Position numbers and translations under genes: made by a program. Shown here piece after piece: positions 32,137 through 45,612 of a stretch of DNA of 64,000 bases. The stretch lies in contig OY729428.2 in NCBI GenBank assembly GCA_963422375.2, positions 256,001-320,000 on the forward strand, given 5' to 3'. This stretch comes from Bryobacterales bacterium. Its GTDB lineage: Bacteria > Acidobacteriota > Terriglobia > Bryobacterales > UBA6623. The notes beneath the pieces were generated by a model that worked only from the letters and a program-made list of their open reading frames with translations, was not told where the DNA came from and did no database searches. Position 1 is the first letter of the stretch; each line of letters starts with the position of its first letter.

Positions 32137-33454
32137 CGCCCATGCAACTCCGAAGTGCGACACGCGCCGAGCCACAAGATGGCAGGGAGGGGAGAGGGGG
32201 GGCAGCGAGCGGTGGTGTCGCGGCAGTAGGCTGGTAGGTGCTGGAAGGAGCAGGGAGGCGGATGCGGAAGAGCTACACGCACGTGACGCAGGAGGAGCGC
32301 TGCCGGAGCGAGACGCTGCGGGCGGCGGGCTGGGGAGCGCGCAGGAGCGCGCGGAGCGGCGGCGGCGCGCGGCGGCGTGCCGGCCGCGCCAGCTGACGTC
32401 GGCGCTGCGGACGCGGAGCGAGGACTGCCTGCGGCAGGACTGGAGCCCGGAGCAGGTCGCGGCGCGGCTGCAGCGGGAAGGGGCGCTGGAGATCAGCCCC
32501 GAACGGATCTACCAGCTGGTGCGCGCGGAGCGGCGGCAGGGGGGCCGGCTGTACCGGCACCTGAGGCAGGGCGGCCGCAAGCGCGTCCGGCGGGTCGGCC
32601 GGACGGCGGGCCGCGGCCTGATCCCGGGGCGCGCGGACATCGCGGAGCGCCCGGCGGAGGCGCAAGCGCAGGCGCGCGTCGGCGACCGGGAGGCCGACAC
32701 CGTGATCGGCGGGCAGCGCCGCGGGGCGCTGGTGACGCTGGTGGACCGGTTCTCTAAGTACCTGCTAGTGCAGCCGGTTAGCCGGCGCACGGCGCAGCTG
32801 GTCGGGGCGGCGATGACGGCCATGCTCGCAGGGAGCGGGGCCGTGACGCACACGCTCACGGCCGACAACGGCAAGGAGTTCGCGGCAAGGAGTTCGCGGG
32901 GCACCGGGAAGCACCGGGAGGTGGCGCAGCGGCTGGGGGCGGGCTTCTGCTTCGCGCGGCCCTGCCACTCCTGGGAGCGCGGGCTGAACGAGCATGCCAA
33001 CGGGCTGCCGCGGCAGTACTTCCCGCAGGGGACGGACCTGCGGCGGGTGGACCCGGCCCGGGTGCGGGAGGCGCGGGACCGCCTGAACCGGCGTCCGCGG
33101 AAGGTGCCGGGCGGGCGCACGCCGGAGGAAGTCTTCCCGGCGGAGCGGGAGCGGGTGCCGCGGGGCTGAGGCAGGGCTGGCAGCCCGCCGCCCCGGACAG
33201 GGGCGCGGGGGAGCTGCGCCCGGACAGGCGCGGATTCAACCCTCCGGGCCTTGCTGCGGTCGCTCCGCTCCCTGCGCAAGGCCCGGAGGGTCCCCGTTCC
33301 GGAAACGGGGCACGCATTCCCGCCTGCCCGGGACGCGGCCCACCGCTGCGGCCCGGCAGCGGCTTGTCCGGCGCCGCTGGATCTGCTACTGTGGTCCTAG
33401 TATCCTAGCCCACCGCCCCTTACCCGCGTGTCGCACTTCGGAGTTGAATGGGCG
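32137..33454 (+). mobile_element. IS30-family element, degenerate transposase (about 32262..33169)
   Basis: 30-bp TIRs 32137-32166 and 33425-33454 (29/30); GDREADTVIG, TADNGKEF and WERGLNE motifs; no TSD. Confidence 0.92.
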
Positions 33455-33670
33455 GGGTATGATAAGATACAAGTACGTCTGCTGACATGACGGTAATCGT
33501 TGGAGCCATAGTTTGCGGAAACATCAGAACCAGAGGGCGGGACGCGATGTACGGCGGCGGGACTCACCTGCTCGTGCCGGGCTCAGAGGTCGCTGCTAGG
33601 TGAAACGAGTGGACGACTAGCGAATCTTCGTGGATGGAGCAGACGGTTCGCCGAGTCCGACGAGCACGAT

Positions 33671-36476
33671 ATGCCAACGAAGGAAGATTGGAGCAGGGAG
33701 TTCTCGAGGCTAACCGCTGAAGACGGCAAGCAACATCCGCCATTTCGATGGCAGATGCGACTCCTTGGCCATCTAGTCGACGGCGACCTGCCCGAAGCTG
33801 TCGATGTTCCCACGGGGCTCGGCAAGACTGCGGTGATGGCATTGTGGCTGATCGCCCGAGCGGCACGGGCGGATCTCCCGAGAAGGCTGGTCTACGTAGT
33901 TGACCGGCGCGCCGTGGTGGATCAGGCGACGCGGTTCGCCGAACGGCTGCGCAGAAACCTACTCGCAATGCCAGTTGCGTTCGCGAAGGAACTCGGCTTG
34001 GACGCGACCGCCAAACTGCCGATTTCCACTTTGCGTGGCGGATTCGTCGACACCCGCGCTTGGCTGGAAGACCCCTCGCGTCCCGCCATTGTAGTCGGCA
34101 CGGTCGACATGGTCGGCTCGCGGCTCCTGTTTGAAGGGTACGGCGTGTCGCGCAGAATGAGGCCCTATCACGCCGGATTCCTTGGCACCGATACCCTTGC
34201 CGTCTTGGATGAAGCACATCTGTGTCCGCCGTTCGAAGCGCTGCTGCGCGGGATTGCCGTGGAGCGCGACAGCAGATTTGGCCCTAGCGGAGCCGTTGCG
34301 TCTGACATCGTTCCGCCATTTCGCCTGATGTCGCTTTCCGCCACTGGACGGGAGACGGGGTGCCTCAACAACGTATTCAAGCTGGAAGCTGAAGACCGAC
34401 GGGAACCCGTCGTGCATGACCGGCTTACAGCGCAGAAGCGGTTGCGTGTGACTACGCTGAACAACCCAAAGACATTGACCGCCGAAATCGCGAGGCGTGC
34501 GCTCGAACTCGGCGCGGGAGATCAGCCCGCCCGAGTGCTCGTCTACTGTCACAGCCGCAAGGATGCCATCGACGTTAAGGCCCTGATCGATAAAAAGATC
34601 AAGCCGAAGGGCAGAGCCAAAGTGAGCGACACAGCGAACTCCGGCGTCTCTGAGTTGCTTGTGGGTGAACGCCGGGTCTGCGAACGCTTAGATCTGGAAC
34701 ACTGGCTGGAACGATTCGGATTCCTCAGCGGATCCAAAACTGCACTGGAACACCCGGCTTTCTTGGTTGCAACGTCGGCTGGGGAGGTTGGTGTCGATTT
34801 GGATGCCGATCATATGGTGTGCGACTTAGTCGCTCACGAACGGATGGTACAACGGCTTGGCCGCGTAAATCGCCGGGGAGGCGAGGGGCGCCGCTCGATG
34901 ATCGACATACTTGTGGCGAAACCAACGTTGAAGTCCAACGCCTCGGATTCCGCAAAGAAACGCCACACACGAGATTCCGATCAATTCAATGCAAACTTGG
35001 CCGCGTTGCGCGGACTTCCACTTGGTTCGGACGGCCGACTGGACGGAAGCCCGGCTGCGACAACGGCGCTGAGATCAAACTGTCCCGACCTCGTGCAAGC
35101 CGCCACAACACCAGCGCCATTACATCCGGAACTAACCCGGCCACTGCTAGATGCGTGGTGCATGACTTCACTAAGGAAGCATGCAGGTCGTCCAGAAGTG
35201 GCACCGTGGCTGCGCGGATGGGAGCAGGACGAAGAGCCGCAAACTACTGTCGTGTGGCGCAGACACCTGCCGCACCGTCGTGACGGGGAGAAAACGACCG
35301 CTCCCGCATCGATGATTGACAAGTTCTTCCGATGTGCGCCGGTACATCCCAGCGAAAGACTGGACGCATTGCGCAGTCACGTGCTTGGTTGGCTGCTCAA
35401 GCGGATTGAGCGCTTCAGCAAGCGGCCCGAGACGCACGCATCCCCGATGACCCGAAGCGGGATCGCCGCATTGGTCATCGACGGATCGGGCGATTTCGCT
35501 ACTGGGATGACCGTGGAGGATTTGCACTTTCTGGGACAGCCTGCAAGGGCGTTGAGCCCTATGCAGCTACGGGATCAGAAGAAGAGCCGGACAGAACTTG
35601 AGCGGGCGCTAGCTGGTGCGACGCTAGTTGTCGACTCAAGGATCGGTGGCTTGACCAACGGAATGCTTGACGAGAAATCCGAGGCCAACGCGATCGCCGC
35701 CGACGACGACGATCGCTGGAGAAGCATCCGGGAAGAACCAAGCGCTGATGTGGATCGACCTGTAATCTCATTTCGCGTGCAGCCGCTGGTCGCTGCGGAT
35801 GGCGATGAGGGACTGAAGGCCCCTGAATACGAGGATTGGCTCCAAGTTCATACGTTCGAAACCGAATTGGACGAGAGCGGTTCCGTGCGACGAGGATTGG
35901 CGGTATACAAGTGGCGCGAGAGCGCTGCGGACGAGGATTCCCGGTCGATCCAATCGGTGCCACAGTCCGTAGATGAGCACACTGCCGCAGTAATCGTGCG
36001 AGTGCAAGAAATCGCGGAACGGCTACACTTGCCAAAGGAAGAGGCTGAAGCATTGACGATAGCCGCGCAGTTCCACGACAGAGGTAAAGCCGCCGAGCGA
36101 TGGCAAGACGCCATGAACGCGCCAGAGGAGGGCCGCCCCTACGCGAAGACGCGAGGCGGTGGGAACCCGCACCTTCTGGAAGGGTATCGGCACGAGTTTG
36201 GATCACTGCTCACGGCGGAGCGGACCGAACTGCCACAGGGCATTCGCGATCTGATCCTGCACTTGATCGCCGCCCACCACGGCCATGCTCGTCCGCTCAT
36301 CACAACCGCCGGCTGCAAGGACGGGCCACCGTCGCTACTTGATGCGAAAGCGGGTAATGCAGCATTGCGGTTTGCACGGCTGCAGAAACGATACGGCCCT
36401 TGGGGCCTCGCTTGGCTGGAGGCCATCCTACGTGCGGCTGATCAGAGCGCTTCGAAAGCGACAGGGAAGCAGACCG

Positions 36477-36484
<8 letters not shown>
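33671..36484 (+). CDS. cas3: Type I-G (I-U) Cas3 helicase with C-terminal HD nuclease
   Basis: PTGLGKT, RRLVYVVDRRAVVDQ, DEAH, SAT and QRLGRVNRRG; C-terminal FHDRGK, RHEFGS and AAHHG. Confidence 0.95.
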
Positions 36485-38440
<1,956 letters not shown>

Positions 38441-38449
38441 CCGTAGTCC

Positions 38450-39940
38450 ATGGCGAAATCGCTGCTGATCTCGGTGCGGTTCCACGACGACCGCTATCAC
38501 GGCCAAGCGGACCGGTTTGACGGCGCGGACGGGTGGCCGCCTTCGCCGGCCCGCCTGTTCCAAGCGTTGGTCGCCGGCGCGGCACGTGGAGCGAGCCTGT
38601 CGCGAGAGGACAAATGCGCGTTGAAGTGGCTGGAACGCCTCGATCCGCCGCGGATCGCTGCGCCGCCAGCACGGCGCGGACGTTCCGTCAAGCTGTTCGT
38701 CCCTAACAACGATCTGGACGCAAAGGGCGGGGATCCTGCGCGGGTCTCCGAGATCCGGGATGGGAAACACTGGCGGGCGTGCTTCTTCAAATCCAACGAA
38801 CCGGTCGTCTATGCTTGGGATTTCGATGACAACATATCTCAAGCGGAGCATGTTTGCGGCATCGCACAAGGGCTTTACCAGCTCGGTCGCGGCATCGACA
38901 TGGCTTGGGCATTGGCGCGAGTCCTAGATCAAGGCGAAGCTCAGGCAGCGCTAGCCGCTCATTCAGGCGTTCTGCGGAAGCCAGGAGGCGCGGGAGAGAT
39001 ATCCGTGCCGAAGCGCGGTACACTTGCGAGCTTGGTTGACCGATACAATCACAATCGTGCGCGATTTCGTTGCAGCACAGTAGGCATTGCCCAAGCACGG
39101 AAGCAGCTATTTAGGCAGCCGCCCAGACCGTCGTTCCGACATGTCGGCTACGATGCGCCGCCGCGCCGCCTTTACTTCGAATTGCGCGGTGAGAGAGGCT
39201 TCTCGCCACTCCCGCTGGCGGCGGCCTTCGCCGTGATGACCGGCTTGCGCGAAGCGGCCGTGCAAAGGCTGCAAGCGGCTCTACCGGAACAAGCGGAACT
39301 CTTCGAGAGGCTAATTGTCGGACGTGGTGCCGGATCGATGGACCTTGCCCAGCGCGTCAGACTAATGCCGATCCCATCCATCGGGCATTTGCATACGGAC
39401 CCGTCGATCCGCCGGATCATGGTCGAAATTCCGACAGAATGTCCGATCCGCCGTGACGATCTCAAATGGGCGCTCGCCGGGCTAGAACCCTGCAATCCAA
39501 AGACTGGCACAGCATGGCCAGGTCGGATGACTTCGACGGACGATTCCCGAATGGCAAGTCGTTTCATGCGGTCGGCTCACGTATTCCGAAGCATGACTCC
39601 CGTAGCACTGCCGAGCGCTAGGCGCCGCCGCATCGGAAGCGAACCGACCGGCAACAAAGTAGGCAGCGAACGGCTCCGGGAAGAAACGCGAGCGGCGGGT
39701 GCCGTGGTTAATGCGTTGCGTCACGCAGGGATGTCAATCCGACCAAGCGCCATTCGCGTGCAACGAGAGCCATTCCAGCGCCGCGGCGTACGGGCGGAGC
39801 ACTTCGCGGCCGGTTCCCGGTTCTCCCAACACGAGCTGTGGCATGTCGAGCTTCGATTTCCCGAGACGCTTGCCGGACCTCTAGTGATCGGGAACGGTCG
39901 GTTTTGCGGCCTCGGCCTGATGGTCCCCGTGACGGATTAG
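38450..39940 (+). CDS. csb2: Type I-G Cas5/Cas6 fusion Csb2 (GSU0054)
   Basis: WPPSPARLFQALVA, FVPNND, PSIGH; C-terminal Gly-rich loop GPLVIGNGRFCGLGL. Confidence 0.93.
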   Translation: MAKSLLISVRFHDDRYHGQADRFDGADGWPPSPARLFQALVAGAARGASLSREDKCALKWLERLDPPRIAAPPARRGRSVKLFVPNNDLDAKGGDPARVSEIRDGKHWRACFFKSNEPVVYAWDFDDNISQAEHVCGIAQGLYQLGRGIDMAWALARVLDQGEAQAALAAHSGVLRKPGGAGEISVPKRGTLASLVDRYNHNRARFRCSTVGIAQARKQLFRQPPRPSFRHVGYDAPPRRLYFELRGERGFSPLPLAAAFAVMTGLREAAVQRLQAALPEQAELFERLIVGRGAGSMDLAQRVRLMPIPSIGHLHTDPSIRRIMVEIPTECPIRRDDLKWALAGLEPCNPKTGTAWPGRMTSTDDSRMASRFMRSAHVFRSMTPVALPSARRRRIGSEPTGNKVGSERLREETRAAGAVVNALRHAGMSIRPSAIRVQREPFQRRGVRAEHFAAGSRFSQHELWHVELRFPETLAGPLVIGNGRFCGLGLMVPVTD

Positions 39941-40454
39941 ACCGAAGTCGCTGTTCCAACTTCAAGACGGGACGCCGACACCAAGAGGACGAGCGCATCA
40001 CGACGCTCGCCATCAGCTCACCCGTGGCGATTGGCCGACCGGTGAAACCGACGTAGACCGGCTGCGGCAAATCTGGCGTGATCGTCCACGATCTCAGGAA
40101 AATGCACTGCAGGCGCTCGGATCGAATCCTCGATCTCATCCGAGACACGACCCGGCGAGCCACTGCGCGATCTGACGCCACCATGGATCAGAGCAATACC
40201 GAGTCTGGTGACGCACAGCCAGAAGAAGAGAGACGACCTCGCAGCGATGATCGAGTCGAGCATGGGAGAGGAGTGCCACACCGCGGCTTGTCCGGATCCC
40301 AACTGTCGCGACCCTCGATGTCGCCACCGGGCTGGGCTACAGCTATACAAGAGCTATCCCAGTGCCGAGTTAGCGATGGCCATTCGAGATCCAATTCTGT
40401 CGACGTTGAGACCACCACGCCGATGTACCCGCTCACCTCGCAGGATGAACCCGG

Positions 40455-40784
40455 CTACTGGTGTCGCACCATCCGCGACTTGACGCGCCTCACCAGCTTG
40501 ATGATCTCATCGGCCTTGCGAACACTGCGCAAGTCCACCGTGTGGAACTTGTTTTTCTCGACGTCTGTCAGCAGCTCTTGGGCCAATTCGACGACCTTGG
40601 CCATGTCCTCGGTCGATTTCTCGACATCCTGCTTCAAGATGACCAAAGTGCGGTCGCGACCGTCCGGCATGCGGTTCGGCCGGTCTCGCCCGAACCCGCC
40701 CGGCGAACTGATCGGATCGCTGACTTGGGCAGCCGGCGGCGTGAGGGAACCGGCCAGCGCGACCATGACAATCCAGTATTTCAT
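40455..40784 (-). CDS. Small exported hypothetical protein
   Basis: 109 aa; signal peptide MKYWIVMVALAG and an amphipathic helical body. Confidence 0.7.
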   Translation of the reverse strand: MKYWIVMVALAGSLTPPAAQVSDPISSPGGFGRDRPNRMPDGRDRTLVILKQDVEKSTEDMAKVVELAQELLTDVEKNKFHTVDLRSVRKADEIIKLVRRVKSRMVRHQ

Positions 40785-40960
40785 CTAGCCTGATGATACG
40801 GTAAAACCAGCATCGGTTGCGACATTCGCCGCACCTTGCAAGGAGTGGTAGGATTGTGGTTTGAACCGTCGCGGGCGGTCCTGTCTTGCAGGGATCCAAG
40901 CGGCGGCACGAGCAGCGAAACCAGTAGTTCGAGTCAAATCGAGGAGAGGTTCGACCAACC

Positions 40961-41218
40961 ATGGCCTACATCATCGCGGAACCGTGCATCGGCACCAAGG
41001 ACACTGCCTGCGTGGACGCCTGCCCGGTGGACTGCATCCATCCGAAGGCCGATGAAGACGACTTCGAGACCGAGGAGATGCTTTACATCGACCCTGAAGA
41101 GTGCATCGACTGTGGTGCGTGCGTTCCAGTGTGCCCCGTTTCGGCGATTTTCGCGGAAGAGGACCTTCCGGAAGAGTGGGGCGACTTCATCGATCGCAAC
41201 GCAGCTTACTACGAGTAG
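40961..41218 (+). CDS. Dicluster ferredoxin (7Fe FdxA-like)
   Basis: CIGTKDTACVDACPVDC and CIDCGACVPVCP; GGAGAGG RBS. Confidence 0.95.
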   Translation: MAYIIAEPCIGTKDTACVDACPVDCIHPKADEDDFETEEMLYIDPEECIDCGACVPVCPVSAIFAEEDLPEEWGDFIDRNAAYYE

Positions 41219-41396
41219 CTCCCAACAACCTAGGTAACGTCAACAACCCACGGCTGCTTTCCCCGCAGCCACTGGTCCTTGGTACGGAGCCGCGTACTGC
41301 AGCTGTTACTAGACAGCGACTACAACTACGCGATCATTGTGCGTTAAGTTACGCTCCGGACGGACCTGCAATACGACTGCGAGGACCTATGCGGAC

Positions 41397-41816
41397 TTAT
41401 TCTTTGTCTTTTTTGTGGACATCGTGGCAAGTCTTGCAGCCGCCAGACATTGTCTTAACGCCTTTGCTGTACCCGTCGCCGTCCATCCGGTATGCACCCA
41501 TCATCGCGTCACGTGCCGCAGCGATGACTTGCTCCGCACCGTCCTTCCATGCGTCGTCCTTGACGCGCCCGTCCATCAGGATCAGCTGCGACGCCTCGGT
41601 AACCATGGAGACCGCGCCGAACGCCTTCTGCCACTCCTCCTTGCTGGCGGGGCCACCCGCCTCGCGATAGCCCTTGATCTTGGCCATCGCTGGCTTGACC
41701 ATGTACTCCATGATGTCGTGAACCGAGGCGGCCTTCTCGTACTCGAAGCCGTCGGCCGCCAAGGGCACTCCGCCAAGGCCACAAGCCAAGCAGCAAGCAA
41801 GCAAAATCTTTCGCAT
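41397..41816 (-). CDS. Class II (c'-like) cytochrome c
   Basis: Signal peptide, helical body, C-terminal CKTCH; TATAAT on the minus strand at 41883-41888. Confidence 0.8.
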   Translation of the reverse strand: MRKILLACCLACGLGGVPLAADGFEYEKAASVHDIMEYMVKPAMAKIKGYREAGGPASKEEWQKAFGAVSMVTEASQLILMDGRVKDDAWKDGAEQVIAAARDAMMGAYRMDGDGYSKGVKTMSGGCKTCHDVHKKDKE

Positions 41817-42163
41817 CGTCCCCCTCCCAGAGGTGTTGCAGCGTAAACTCGCCAAGGCGCAGAACTCGATGGCGATCCCAGCATTATACTCGAGCCCGCT
41901 GCAGAAACTTCGCGGACCGGTCCTTGATCCCCGCTTAAGCAGCCGGAAATCGCGGGAAAACCTGGTTGCGACAGATTTGCGGGATCAGCCTGACAATTCC
42001 CGCACAATGAGCAAGCTGACGCACCCGGTCCCAGACCGGTTTCCGGGGTGTCGCCGCCCCCCACGCTCGCGGCAAGCCCCGGAGGCCTCCGCACACGCGC
42101 ACCGACCCCCGCAGCGCCCCACCGCCGCTCGCTCCTAGCGCTCTCTGTCCGTGCGGCCTGCCC

Positions 42164-43403
42164 TCAGGCCGGTTCCAGCCGGCCCGCCGCGTGCAGCAGC
42201 CAGTCCGGGCGCCGGTTCCCGCGCCCCAGCAGCAGCCTCTGCCGCCGCCCGCTCCGCACCACCCGCCCCACCGTGCGCACGAAGTGCCGGATCAGCGGCC
42301 GCAGGCCGTGCCGCCGCGCCTCCCCCGGCAGCAGCTGGTACGGCAGCAGCCACAGTAGCCACGGCGCGATCTGCCCGCACAAGTAGAACGCCTGGTTCGC
42401 CGCGTACGACTTGCAGGGCGGATGGTGCAGCCCCAAGTCCGTCAACGGCCCCTTCTGCGCGTGCTCCTGCCCCTGCTTGCTGCGATGCCCCCGCACCAGC
42501 TCCGCCAGCGGCAGATCATCGCGGCTGACCAGCAGCACCGTGTACCGCGGCTCCAGCAGCCCCTGCTCCCCTGCGTGCAACTGCCGCACCACCACGTACG
42601 CTTCCTCCGCCGCCCAGCGGCTCGGCCGGTAGTACACCAGTACCGCTTGCTCGCGCCCCTCCGCGTCCAGCGCTGTCCACTCCCTCTCCGCCAGTGCCAT
42701 CCTCGCCACGATCCGCAGCACGGGCGCCTTCTGGCGCGGGTCCGTCACGCTGAGCGAATACTCCCAGCCGCGCTCCCGGCACCGGTCCGCCAAGGCCCGG
42801 CAGTAGTACGCGCTGTCGGCGCGCAGCCAGACCCGCCGGGCCGCCGCCAGCAGCGGCGCCACGTCCGTCTCCAACTGCTCGCGCCAGGCCCCCTTGACAT
42901 CCGTGCCGCCCCGGTTCAGCCGCGCGCTGACCCAGGCCGCGCCCACGAACACCGAGTGCAGCCAGTACCGCCGCTCCCCGTTGTAGCCTCTAGCCGTGCC
43001 GTCGCAGTGCCGGCCGGAGACCTCGATGCCGCTGCCGTCGACGAACACCGGCACGTAGCCCGGCGTCTCCAGGCTGTGTCGCGCCACTTGCGGCACCAGC
43101 CGCCGGCTGACCAGCCGTGCGCATTCCCGCAGGCCCGCCAGGCGGCAGGCCACGCTGTCGGCGCCGAGGTCGTCCACGTCGCTGAGATGGCCGCCGCCGC
43201 AGAAGGACAGGATCAGCGCCAGCAGGTTTTGCTCGTCGCTGCAGCCGCGGCGGCGGCGCTTGACGCGCACCTTGCGTCGCAGCACGTCGCCGAGATCGAG
43301 GAATCGGATCAGGCGCGCCACGAAGACCAGCCCGGCCCGGCCCGGCCGGTCAGCTCCTCCTGGGCCACAGCGAAAGACACTAGGGGGCCGTGTCGCGGGG
43401 CAT
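42164..43403 (-). pseudogene. IS1380-family transposase, frameshifted (element about 41922..43445)
   Basis: VFVDGSGIE, WLRADSAYY and ANQAFY motifs; three CCGGG copies near 43331-43345 shift the N-terminal frame; element ends tentative. Confidence 0.8.
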
Positions 43404-43444
43404 CGGGCAGCAGTTCTCCTCGGGCCGTTTTCTTTGGGAATTAG

Positions 43445-45176
43445 GTAACTACCCAGGTACACGAGTCGGGTTTCATTGCAGCGCAGAGTGGACCGGTAGC
43501 GGAAGGGAGCCAGCGGAGGCGGGGCTGGGTCGTAGGGTGCTGGTGGAGTGCCGCCAGCACTGCACGGGGCGCGGGGGCAGCGCCAGGTGCTGGCGCGGCA
43601 GCAGTTGACGCCGACCGTCGAATACATGTATAGATGGGAATGTTCCTAGCCTACAGGTGCTGGGGAAAGCATGGCGGAAGCATGGCCAGCGGCGGAGCGA
43701 GCGGCGGTCGGCGAGATCGCCGGGCTGCGGGCGGAGAACGCACGGTTGCGGGCCGAGCTGGCCGCTTGGCAGCAGCGCGCCGAGGGGCAGCGCGCGGAGA
43801 TCGGCGGATTGCAGCAGCGCTGGGAGGAGTTGGAGCGCCAGGCGGGCCTGCACAGCGCTAACAGCGGCAAGCCGCCGTCGAGCGACGGGCCGCGCAAGCC
43901 GCCTGCGGAGCCGCGCACGCGCAGCCAGCGCGGCCGCTCCGGCAAGCGCTCGGGCGGGCAGCCCGGGCACCGGGGTGCCACCCTGCAGCAGACCACCCGC
44001 CCGGATCACATCGAGAGCCACCTGCCGCCGCCGCGCTGGGAAGTGACCGAGCACCGCGCGCAGGCCTGCCGCTGCGGGTCTTGCGGCCAGCTGACACGGG
44101 CCGCGTTCCCGGCCGGGGTGAACGCGCCGGTGCAGTACGGCCCGCGCCTCGCCGCCACGGCGGTGTACTTGCAGAATGCGCATTTCCTGCCCGAGGAGCG
44201 TTTGGCCGAGATCTTGCGGGACCTGCACGGAGTGCGCGTGTGCGCGGCGACGCTGGCCGGCATGACGCGTCAGGCGGCGGAGCGCTGGCGGGAGTGCAGC
44301 GAGCGCGTGCGGGATCCGATCGCGGGCGCGGACAGCGTGAAGCACTTGGACGAGACGGGGTTCCGGATCGCCGGGCGGACGCAGTGGCTGCACGTGACCG
44401 GCACGCCGCGGCTGACGTTCTACCGGCCGAGCGCCCGGTGGGGCAGCCTGCTGGAAGGCCTGCGAGGCTGCTTGGTGCACGATCACTGGAAGCCGTATTT
44501 CACGATCGCGGGCGTGCGGCACGCGCTCTGCAACGCGCATCATCTGCGCGAGTTGCCAGCGCTGGCGGACATGGACGGGGAAGCCTGGGCGGGCCGCATG
44601 CAGCGGTTGCTGCGGCGGGCGGGGCAGGCGGCGCGGATCGCGCGCGAGCGGGGCATTCCGCTGCCGCCGTCGCTGGTGCAGCGCATCGAGCGGCACTACG
44701 ACAGCTTGGTCGCGCGGGCGCTGGCCGAGCACGCGGCGCGGGCGCCGCTGCGGCCGCCGTGCCCGGGACGGCGCGGGCGCAAGAAGCGGCGCCCGGGCCA
44801 CAATCCGGCGTTGCGGCTGCGCGACCGCAAGGAGGCGGTGCTGCGCTTCGTCCACGATCCGTGCGTGCCGTTCACGAACAACCTGGCGGAGCGGGACCTG
44901 CGGATGATGAAGCTACGCATGAAGATCTCGGGCGGGTTCCGGTCCCGGCAGGGGGCGCAGGACTGCGCCACGCTGCGCAGCGTGCTGTCCACCGCGCGGA
45001 AGCAAGGCCGCAACCGCATCGAGACCCTGCGGCAAGGGCCGGCCGCCCCGCTGGCCGGACTGCAATCCTAGCCGGCACCCGCATCGTCCGCCCGCGTCGG
45101 ATCGCAGCTGATCGCAGCCCACACGTGCTCCCCCATACGCGCTCGTGCAGCTCGTCAGGTGTACCTAGGCAGTTAC
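43445..45176 (+). mobile_element. Single-ORF IS66-family element, transposase 43671..45071
   Basis: TIRs GTAACTACCCAGGTACAC and GTGTACCTAGGCAGTTAC (16/18); NSGKPPSSD, HLDETG, CNAHHLREL and TNNLAERDLR; the zinc-finger segment appears deleted; no TSD. Confidence 0.92.
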
Positions 45177-45604
45177 TATCCTTCGACCTAAGAATACGCT
45201 GCCTCTCCGGCCAAATGCTTCCAATTGTATCCAAGGTTTGAAGTTCAATGCCAACAAAGTCTTTTACCTGTCGCTCAGCGATGGAAGCCAGTATATAGTC
45301 GAGACTTCCTCCGGGGACTGGGACTTCAGACACCAAATGAAGTTCATTTCCAGGCTCGTGGAGTCTAAGAAGATGGAGACAATCCATGAATATTTGATTT
45401 CCCTTTGTCAGTCGGTATGGACAAATCACAATTGGAGTGTTCTTGACATCGTGTCGGACAGTACAAGTCCCAATTGAGACCTCAGGCATGCTCTTTCGTA
45501 CCTTGATGCATTTCTTCTTGAGAAACGGACATTCTTCGGTCGCAATGGCGATCCGCCACGAGGTTTCACTGTCGGATGTCGTTCTAAGGCCGAATAGTTC
45601 CACT
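45177..45604 (-). pseudogene. N-terminal half of a NotI-like restriction endonuclease (first codons at 47126-47136)
   Basis: AT-rich; NKIVELFG, CPFLKKKCIK, GTC, ICPYRL Cys cluster, LDYIL and DFVGIELQTLDT; truncated at the IS66 end. Confidence 0.75.
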
Positions 45605-45612
45605 ATTTTATT

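Noticed and set aside
33455..33670. Possible missing middle of the endonuclease, or a mini-array before cas3
   Set aside because: Minus-strand translations next to the IS30 end do not resemble the family, and there are no repeats.
39941..40454. Region after csb2 where cas4/cas1/cas2 or an array would be expected
   Set aside because: No Cas motifs in the frames read and no direct repeats.
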